Assembly (NCBI GenBank): GCA_044892525.1
Contig: CM097888.1
Location: 39,804,001 to 39,868,000, forward strand
Length of the DNA: 64,000 nt
From: Schmidtea polychroa
Lineage: Eukaryota
Direction: 5' to 3'
In this document: piece after piece, positions 55,188 to 63,206 of the stretch
How the letters are laid out: the number at the start of each line of letters is the position of its first letter
Position numbering within the stretch: the first letter of the stretch is position 1
Made by a program: the position numbers and the translations under genes
The notes under the pieces: generated by a model
Told to the model about the DNA's origin: nothing
Seen by the model: the letters and a program-made list of their open reading frames with translations, nothing else
The model's database searches: none

Positions 55188-55667
55188 ATGTCAGAAGCTA
55201 GACAACATCTACGACAGCTAAGCCGGTTCGTCGAAATAGAAAATGATTCAATAAAAACATTAAGGGAAAAACTGAAACAAATAGAACTGCTAGAACAACA
55301 AAGCCACAACGCACCGCTGATATCCAAACAAAACTTTCTAACCGACAGATTAGGATCAACAAATACCGATACCGACTTGTCTATTCATTACCAATGGTTT
55401 CAGCAACGTCTCGACGACCCCGCTCTGAACATCGAATATGTGAGGATACGCGAACGAGTCAAAACTCTGTCTCAGCGGATACGAACATCAATAGTAGAGA
55501 AAGCAGCGGCCTTGAGAACTTGTAACATTTGCAAGATGCGACCTGTCAAAATTCTGATTCTACCTTGTGGGCACCTTAGCCATTGTGACGAATGCGCCGC
55601 CAGTTTAATCCGTTGTTCTATGTGCACATGTGTAATAAAAGAGAAGCACACAATCTACTTCAGTTAG
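55188..55667 (+). CDS. Coiled-coil + C-terminal IAP/MDM-type RING finger protein (putative E3 ligase), no BIR domain
   Basis: CNICKMRPVKILILPCGHLSHCDECAASLIRCSMCTCVIKEKHTIYFS* has the spacing and extreme C-terminal hydrophobic tail of IAP-class RINGs. Confidence 0.82.
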   Translation: MSEARQHLRQLSRFVEIENDSIKTLREKLKQIELLEQQSHNAPLISKQNFLTDRLGSTNTDTDLSIHYQWFQQRLDDPALNIEYVRIRERVKTLSQRIRTSIVEKAAALRTCNICKMRPVKILILPCGHLSHCDECAASLIRCSMCTCVIKEKHTIYFS

Positions 55668-56261
55668 GTACGCGATCGTCGCTCGGTGAAGGAAACTGGA
55701 TGATTAACAATTAGATTAAACATTTTGATATTTTTGTTCTGAATTAATTCGGTAATGTTTTATAATGATAGCATATATTATCTGTAATGTGGAGTAAATA
55801 ACTAATAAATCCTTTTTGTGTATTCATTTCATTATACGAAGTTATAAATTGAGTTGTGTTGTTATAATTTTCACCATGAAGAAAGGGCATTTTAAAAATT
55901 TAAATTGATTTTTTAAAGTGGAACTAGTCCCATCATAGTGTTAAAGGGGGAATAAACCGAGCCACCTTCGGGAGGTACGATATTGGAACCATTTGGGAAG
56001 GGACAACCGATCACCCCGAGTAAGAGATGTAAGACGAGGTACCATCGCGAATATTGAAAAGTTTCTGCGGTATGGCTGATCACCATACCAATGTAGAAAT
56101 GGATCAATGCGATCGTTTTGCGTTTTGAGCAAGGGGGGAAAGGGGAAACCTTCCAAAGCGGTACAGATTAAGTCGACAAATAAAAGTAAAAATAGGAAGA
56201 TGACAGTATAGAATAAAGACAGAAAAGGAACGGAAGCATGCAGAGTTTAGAGACATTAAGG

Positions 56262-56484
56262 CCGAGCTGTTGAAAAGTCCAGCCGGTCAGGGAAATTGAA
56301 ACTGAGCTGTGAAAAGTCCAGCCAGTCGGAGATATTAAGATCGAGTTGTTGAATAGTCCAACCGGTCAGGAGAAGAAGATTGAGCTGTTGAATAGTGCCA
56401 GCCAGTCGTAAGATCGAGTTGTTGAATAGTCCAACCGGTCAGGAGAAGAAGATTGAGCTGTTGAATAGTGCCAGCCAGTCGTAA
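56262..56484 (+). repeat. Tandem array of a GAGCTGTTGAAWAGTCCAGCCRGTC-like core (6 copies), including an exact 73-bp duplication
   Basis: 56336-56408 is repeated at 56409-56481. Lies in the non-coding leader of the integrase-ankyrin ORF. Confidence 0.9.
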
Positions 56485-57062
56485 AGGCCTAAAGTAATAG
56501 TGAGATAGCATTCAAGCTACAAGTTGATAACATTTAAATTACTAGTGAGATGGAATATTAAAGCTAGCTAGAAGCAAATTGAGTTTGAAATATGGAATTC
56601 GAATTTAGAAAGGATTAAACGAGCTCGTGGGAGGTAATAATGAAATTTTTTTTCAGTGAGAAAGAGAAACTGAAAAGGAAAATGAATTAAAGAGATAATG
56701 AAAATAAAGAATAAGTGAGAATAAATGATGAGTAAAAGAGGAAGGTGATTAATTAATTAAAAGGGATCCCAGATAAGTAGACAAAGTTCTACAGAATTTT
56801 TTTTTTGGTTTAAACCGGTTAAACGAATTTTGTTTTGGTTACAGAGTAGAACCAAATAAGGGGAAACAGAGATGAAAGATTAAGTAAAATAGCGGAACCG
56901 CGTAAAAGGATTAAGAAAATATGGGAGGTAATAAGCAGTAACTGACAACGACCTATCGATATTATAAATGCTAACTATAGATAATTTATACGACTATATA
57001 GATAATTGTTACTACCCCAAATAGATAATTTAAAATCGACGAAAAATATGGGTTGATGGGTA

Positions 57063-60000
57063 ATGAGCGAAGTCACCAACTACTTCAAGATCGCAAAATT
57101 AAGAACATCACCGTACCATCCACAAACTAATGGTATGACAGAAAGATTCAATGGAACACTGATTCAAATGTTATCAAATTATGTCGATCGTCATCAACGA
57201 GACTGGGATGAATATATAAAATTATGTCTAATGGCTTACAGAATGTCGATTCACGCGTCCACAAAGATGAGTCCGTTCAAGTTGATGTACGGCAGAGAAT
57301 GCAATATGCCAATGGATTTAGAATATCAGCCACCAATATCACAATACATGGAAATAGACGATTATGTAACCAAGTTCAAGGAAAGAATGCAGGAAATCTG
57401 GGAAACTGCAGGATTGAATATAAAATTTTATCAAGAAAGTTACAAAGAGTTACATGATAGAAAGAAAAACGTCAAACAGCATACGTTTCAAACAGGCGAT
57501 TGGGTGATGATTGAAACACCAGAATTAATTCCAGGAACCACCAAAAAATTACAACGAAACGGTAAAGGGCCGTATGAGATTCTATTCGTCGGAGAAACTA
57601 ATGTAAGAGTACGATTAGTGAACAACCCTTTTACAAGACCAATATACGTAAATGTTGCACGATGTAAGCCAATTCCGAAAACCGCCACCAGTCAGCCAGA
57701 AGGACGTACACTAACGACAAGATCACAAACGTATAGAATAAACATGTTACAGCAGATAAACGAACCAACAGGTAATCGATTAGGGTTACAACCATCAGAA
57801 GCCGAGAAAATCATAAAGGAAGTAACTGTTAAAATGCCCGGATGGGCAGAAGACAGATTAGATTTTGAGATATTGGGAGGTCTGCTAACAATGATCGAAA
57901 ATTATGCAAACCGAGAAAGAACACACCCATTACTCAGGGTAGTAAAAAGTCAATGGCCTATATTATTTACGATCACAGACCACTATGGAGATACACCGCT
58001 GCACAAGCTTTTAAAGGTGGGTAGTAACGAACAGATATTAGAAACGATTGAAGCATTTCGCGACTGTAACATTTCGACGGATCAAGGAAACAACCAAGGT
58101 TACACCCCACTAATGATAGCAGCCAATCGGGATAAAGCTAAAGATATTATCATCGCATTACTCGAAACGGGGTCAAAGATAACCACACAAGACCACAACC
58201 AGAAAAATGCACTACATCATGCAATCGAAGGGAAAAGTACGGAAGCCTTCATAATCTTAGTAGATCTATTATCATATGAGGATAATAGAGAGATAGGAAA
58301 CATGTATGACGGGCTATTAACTGCAATCAAAGAGAAATTAATAACAATTGCTGGATTACTAATTGCATGGAGAAACCCGATCAAAAACGATTACATGGTA
58401 GATATAAACGAAACATTTACCAAAGGAGAAAACACCTTGATGAGAGAAGCGATGAGAGGACATCACCTATTCGAGATTCCAAATCAACTACTACAACGTG
58501 GCATAAAGTTCTCAAATCACAAAGACGAACAACTAATCAGAAAACGAATTACCAACTTCGAAAAAGCTATATCTCAATTTACCGATAAAGTACAAGTAAA
58601 ATTTTGGGAAACCGTGAGCGTTTTACATATGATGGAAACTATGAACAACATTCGAGAAAACTACCTAAGTATTATTCAAGTTCTAACGGCAGAGGAACGC
58701 ATTAACAATTCGAACAAGAAAAAGATAAAAATGAAGAAAGTAAAAGCAAGAGAGTCTGAGGAACAAGTCGATCAACCAATGACCGATATAGCAACAACAA
58801 GTAAACCAAAGACAATAAACTCCGACCAAGAGATAGTAGTACGTAAGGCTAAAGAAGTATTCTTTGAAGAAATGCAAGATCTATCCGATGAAGCGATACT
58901 AGCAAAAATAACCAAAACAGTACACACCTACGCAAGAGATCAGACCACAAATCTAGACATAGGAAAAATAAAAACATTTATACCACTAGCATTCACCTTA
59001 CCAACAAAAGACTCAAGAACACCATTACAACAAGCCATTTTAGCAGCAAAAGAAAACAGAGCAATAACCATCATAAGAATCCTCAGAGACTTCGGAGAAG
59101 AATCTAATGCAAAAAATGAACAAGGAGAAACAGCAATGATGTATGCAGCCATAACAAATATACACCCGAAAACATTACATATACTACATCGATCGGGATC
59201 AAGACTGGATGAAATATCAAACGAAGGAAATTCTACCATGGATTGGGCAACGATACAACCAAACTTGGAAATGATTAGATTCATTTGTAAAAATGCTACA
59301 AGAACCGAGGTAGAAAATATCTGTAAAAACACGTCACAGTTCCAATGGAACACGATACGGATGAACTTAGAAGCCATGAAGTTATTGCTAACATGGAGAA
59401 TACCACAAAGCAATAAATATGCAATAAATATAAATGAGTTCTACGAAAACGGAGAAAATGCTATGGTTAAAAATACACTAACAAAAGGAGGAACTCCGAA
59501 AATCATAATGATCGTATTAAACAGGGAAGATCTCAAATTCACGCAAAATCTAAACGAACAAAAGCGAATCGGAAAACATCGCCGTATACAATTGAGAGAA
59601 CTGGTAAAAGAATGGAATAGAAAGAGACATGTAGCAACAGGCAGAAAGGAGTTCGAATTCGAAACAAAATTAGCAAGAAACAGAGTGCTAACGGCATACC
59701 GCAGATTGTTGAATGATATAAATGTCGAGGACGACATTTTAAACGATAGCGGGGGAGATAAAGACGATAAAGACGATAAAGACGACGATAATAATGAAAA
59801 AGGTCGAAACGGGAATAAAGAGAAAGAGAAATCAGAGGAGAATAATCAAGAAAATAACGACGCGAGTAGGAAAAAAGAGGAAAATAACCCGAGAAACCGA
59901 ATGAAGCAAGAAGAAAAGACGAATAGTGGAAAACAGAGGGTATGCCTACTTTTTACCAACAAAGAAATGGAGACAAATATGATGATAATGATACTCGTAC

Positions 60001-60980
60001 TAACAATGGTGGAAATGATAACAGCCCAGGGAGGAATGAGAACGATAAAAGAAGCCAAAGAAACGGAAAATAAGGACAACAAAGAGGAAGAACTAAAACA
60101 AGAAAAGAAAAAACAAGTACAAGAGCAGCAATGGGATTTAAAAGAAGAATGGGATTTAAAAGAAAGGTGTATATTAGGAAGATGTATGTCTAGAGCTTAT
60201 CAGAGACTAGTGTTAAAAAATGAAGATGCAGAACCAATAACGGAAGTAAGAATACAAGAAGCATACCGAAATCGAGACGGAAAGAGAATAACGAAAGTCA
60301 AAGGGAAGGAGGTACACCTGGGAAAAGGAGGTGAGGTAGTGATAACGCAACTCCAGTCAAGAAAAGAACACAAAGTCTGCATTTCAAGATTAGGACCGGG
60401 TGAAGACTGTCTACAATATGTAATACAGCAACAACCTCCAAAAGAATACACAATATGCATCTGGAGAAAAGATACAGCGAGAGAATGTCGACGATACCCT
60501 GGGAAAAGAGGGAAGAAAAGAAAAATCAATGATGAAAAAGATGAGCAAGGGAAACGCAAGAAAAACAGTGAGAAACATCAAGACAATTATGTATCCGAGG
60601 AGGAGATGGAGAAAATACAAAAAATGGCAAAGGAAGGTATGAACGAGGAAATAGCAAGAATACGAGGAATGATGAAAGGAAATGACAAAGACGGTAAGCT
60701 AAAAAGCACAGAAGCAATATCAACACTAACGAGCAAGGAAAAAGCGGAAATTATAAGCGTAAAACAGATGATGTGGATCAGCGGCATAATAATAACAGGG
60801 GCCTTTTTAATCATAACGGGGGGGACAATAAAAATAATCAAAGATAGACGGCATCGCGGAGAACTAGAAATGGCCAGAATAAGAAATTTTCAACATCGTG
60901 TAAAACGACCAAGTAATATCAAGCAGGAACAGTGGGTGGAGGCCTGGAATGCTCAGCGCCCTCCAAGCTCACGTATATAG
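57063..60980 (+). CDS. 1305-aa fusion: Ty3/Gypsy integrase C-terminal half + GPY/F module, two ankyrin-repeat modules, acidic/charged linker, internal signal-like segment, Cys-containing region, TM helix, short tail
   Basis: KLRTSPYHPQTNGMTERFNGTL..DWDEY..AYR..H.STKMSPFKLMYGRE and FQTGDWV..KKL..KGPYEI (57063-~57670). Ankyrins GDTPLH, GYTPLMIAA, QKNALHHAI, SRTPLQQAI, GETAMMYAA. Hydrophobic MMIMILVLTMVEMITA (~59979-60026) and WISGIIITGAFLIITGGTIKII (~60774-60839). Confidence 0.88.
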   Translation: MSEVTNYFKIAKLRTSPYHPQTNGMTERFNGTLIQMLSNYVDRHQRDWDEYIKLCLMAYRMSIHASTKMSPFKLMYGRECNMPMDLEYQPPISQYMEIDDYVTKFKERMQEIWETAGLNIKFYQESYKELHDRKKNVKQHTFQTGDWVMIETPELIPGTTKKLQRNGKGPYEILFVGETNVRVRLVNNPFTRPIYVNVARCKPIPKTATSQPEGRTLTTRSQTYRINMLQQINEPTGNRLGLQPSEAEKIIKEVTVKMPGWAEDRLDFEILGGLLTMIENYANRERTHPLLRVVKSQWPILFTITDHYGDTPLHKLLKVGSNEQILETIEAFRDCNISTDQGNNQGYTPLMIAANRDKAKDIIIALLETGSKITTQDHNQKNALHHAIEGKSTEAFIILVDLLSYEDNREIGNMYDGLLTAIKEKLITIAGLLIAWRNPIKNDYMVDINETFTKGENTLMREAMRGHHLFEIPNQLLQRGIKFSNHKDEQLIRKRITNFEKAISQFTDKVQVKFWETVSVLHMMETMNNIRENYLSIIQVLTAEERINNSNKKKIKMKKVKARESEEQVDQPMTDIATTSKPKTINSDQEIVVRKAKEVFFEEMQDLSDEAILAKITKTVHTYARDQTTNLDIGKIKTFIPLAFTLPTKDSRTPLQQAILAAKENRAITIIRILRDFGEESNAKNEQGETAMMYAAITNIHPKTLHILHRSGSRLDEISNEGNSTMDWATIQPNLEMIRFICKNATRTEVENICKNTSQFQWNTIRMNLEAMKLLLTWRIPQSNKYAININEFYENGENAMVKNTLTKGGTPKIIMIVLNREDLKFTQNLNEQKRIGKHRRIQLRELVKEWNRKRHVATGRKEFEFETKLARNRVLTAYRRLLNDINVEDDILNDSGGDKDDKDDKDDDNNEKGRNGNKEKEKSEENNQENNDASRKKEENNPRNRMKQEEKTNSGKQRVCLLFTNKEMETNMMIMILVLTMVEMITAQGGMRTIKEAKETENKDNKEEELKQEKKKQVQEQQWDLKEEWDLKERCILGRCMSRAYQRLVLKNEDAEPITEVRIQEAYRNRDGKRITKVKGKEVHLGKGGEVVITQLQSRKEHKVCISRLGPGEDCLQYVIQQQPPKEYTICIWRKDTARECRRYPGKRGKKRKINDEKDEQGKRKKNSEKHQDNYVSEEEMEKIQKMAKEGMNEEIARIRGMMKGNDKDGKLKSTEAISTLTSKEKAEIISVKQMMWISGIIITGAFLIITGGTIKIIKDRRHRGELEMARIRNFQHRVKRPSNIKQEQWVEAWNAQRPPSSRI

Positions 60981-61148
60981 AAAGGATTATGACTGTATAT
61001 AGATTGTAAAAAGTAAGTAGGTAATATTTATTTATATAACAGTATTCTATATTTTTATATAAGCGCGGTATCAATAGTACATAATGATGGGGATAATTAA
61101 TATGAACATAAAATTAGATAAGGATTGAAAAGTATATATAAATTAAGA

Positions 61149-61508
61149 ATGGAGCGAATAGGCGAGGAAGTAAATCACAGTACAACAACCGAGGAGATGT
61201 GGAAACAACAATGTGCAATGTTAACTCAAGTGATTTCGAATTTACAGGAACAAGGACTCGCTGTACAAAGAAGCTTAGTCGAAAGTTTAAATAAAGGCTT
61301 CAGTTATGTAAGAATAATCGAAGACCAACGAATGAAAATTGAGCAAATGCAGCGAGAGATAGACCGAATATCACGATACAGCCAGGTGCAAGAAGAGGAG
61401 TTAATAAGAATCGCGGAAGAGATGGAGCGAGAGGAGATAGAAGACTGGTCAGAATGGTTAACCAGCAGGGAAGAGGGCGGACAAGAGGCCGACTCTTCCA
61501 GCCAATAA
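61149..61508 (+). CDS. Small acidic coiled-coil protein
   Basis: Intact ORF (first ATG 61149; track start 61125 is TTG) with heptad-like Q/E/R-rich sequence. AATAAA overlaps the stop. Confidence 0.55.
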   Translation: MERIGEEVNHSTTTEEMWKQQCAMLTQVISNLQEQGLAVQRSLVESLNKGFSYVRIIEDQRMKIEQMQREIDRISRYSQVQEEELIRIAEEMEREEIEDWSEWLTSREEGGQEADSSSQ

Positions 61509-61597
61509 ATATAACCTAAAATAGCAATGTAAATAACTGTAAATAAAAATTCGAAACTGTACCAGTAACGAATATATGTATATATATAATTATAGAA

Positions 61598-62986
61598 ATG
61601 GATAAGCGACAACGAGAAGAATTCAAAGAAATTGTTGAACAAGTCAGAAAGTCCACCACAATTCGAATACACAACCATGTAACGTGTGGAATATGCAAGA
61701 GCTTATTAAGAGAACCTCACCAAACCAGATGTGGATGCAGAATGTGCAGAGAATGTGTAGAGGAGATAATAAAGAAGGGACCACAATGGTGCCCAGTATG
61801 CAAAGAAACAATGATAACAAGTTTGGGAGATACAAACGAAGATAAAGCAGCTGTAAAAGATATGTTGAATGCAAACCTTGGATGCAAAAACACCCCATGT
61901 AATTGGCGAGGAGTGATATGGGAAGTGAGGCAACATATGGAGCAATGTGAATATAAAATCAGTCAATGCAAACGTTGTCAAGAAGAGATTAAAGTCAATG
62001 AAGAAGCAGAACATCAAAGTCGATGCGAAGAAAGACTGGAGAAATGTGAGTATTGCGGAGAAACCGACACCTGGAAAAAACTAATCAGTCAACATCACAA
62101 CATACAAGAGGAGAAAGTGTGCGCAGAATTCAGAGGAGAATGCCCCAATAAATGCGATAAACCCGGAGTAACAAAACTCGCTCAACATCTAAAAGAATGT
62201 GAAAGGAAAAAGATAACGTGTGTGCTAGGAAAATGGGGAGGTCCGAAACAATTACACCGAGGGGAATTACCCCAACATCTAGCAGAAAATGTATCAACAC
62301 ACGCGGAAATATGGTCAACGGTATTACAAGAAAACGAAAGAAAAACCGAAAACTTAGAAAGAGAAATAGTCTCGCTAAAAGCGTTGGTAAAAGAACTATT
62401 GGAAGAAAAGGAAGCATTTGAAGAGGCGAGAACAAGTACAAAGATACAGACAGATCTAGTAGAAACTAGCAACATTATGGTGAAAGAACTACATCAAAAA
62501 GTAAGCGAATTAAACCTCAACGAATTAATACCTACGGCTCCATACATATGGAAAATAACGGGAGTAAAAGAGAAGATGCAGAGAGCGAGAAATGGAAAGG
62601 ATACAACATTACTAAGTCCAGCATTCTACTCATGGAAAAACGGGTATAAAATGAAAATGAAAGCATACCCCAATGGGGATGGAAGTGCATACGGAACGCA
62701 TTTCTCAGTATTCTTCTTGATGTGCAAAGGGCCATACGACGAGTTAATAGAATGGCCATTCAAAGCAAAAATAGACCTCGCAATGATGAACTATCAAAGT
62801 ATACATGAACAGAGTTTCCATACAGCGGGAAACCTCGTATGTTACCAAAGGCCCTTGGAAGAAGAAGGACCAGCAACTGGAGCACCGAATTTCATCCTAC
62901 AGCGGAAAGTAGAAGACATGACGAAAAGCGACACTATATACATAAAAATAGCGGTGAGGCGAGACGGGAAGAGTAGGACTGAGTAG
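61598..62986 (+). CDS. TRAF: Intronless TRAF2/3/5-like protein (RING + TRAF zinc fingers + coiled coil + MATH)
   Basis: RING CGICKSLLREPHQTRCGCRMCRECV..CPVC; zinc fingers C.N..CNWRG..HMEQCEY..CEER..CEYC; MATH YIWKI..SPAFYS..GYKM..YPNGDG..GTHFSVFF..GPYDELIEWPF..QRP. Confidence 0.93.
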   Translation: MDKRQREEFKEIVEQVRKSTTIRIHNHVTCGICKSLLREPHQTRCGCRMCRECVEEIIKKGPQWCPVCKETMITSLGDTNEDKAAVKDMLNANLGCKNTPCNWRGVIWEVRQHMEQCEYKISQCKRCQEEIKVNEEAEHQSRCEERLEKCEYCGETDTWKKLISQHHNIQEEKVCAEFRGECPNKCDKPGVTKLAQHLKECERKKITCVLGKWGGPKQLHRGELPQHLAENVSTHAEIWSTVLQENERKTENLEREIVSLKALVKELLEEKEAFEEARTSTKIQTDLVETSNIMVKELHQKVSELNLNELIPTAPYIWKITGVKEKMQRARNGKDTTLLSPAFYSWKNGYKMKMKAYPNGDGSAYGTHFSVFFLMCKGPYDELIEWPFKAKIDLAMMNYQSIHEQSFHTAGNLVCYQRPLEEEGPATGAPNFILQRKVEDMTKSDTIYIKIAVRRDGKSRTE

Positions 62987-63206
62987 AGAGACGAATAATT
63001 TTGTATATACTAATTGTAAATATCGGCGTATATATCCAGTAAAATATTATATAGTAGTGTAGAAAAATTCCCCCCAAATCTACCAAAGGTAAACTTAAGC
63101 GAAAAACTCCTAAAACAACTCCTATAACGAATTATAAAAATAAATAAAAAATAAGCCAAATATAAGCGTACAACGTTGAGTTAATGATATCGTTATTTAG
63201 ACCAAG

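Noticed and set aside
55874-55890. 14-bp match ACCATGAAGAAAGG shared with the reverse complement of ~51377-51391
   Set aside because: Too short and unextended to establish a terminal repeat or polypurine tract.
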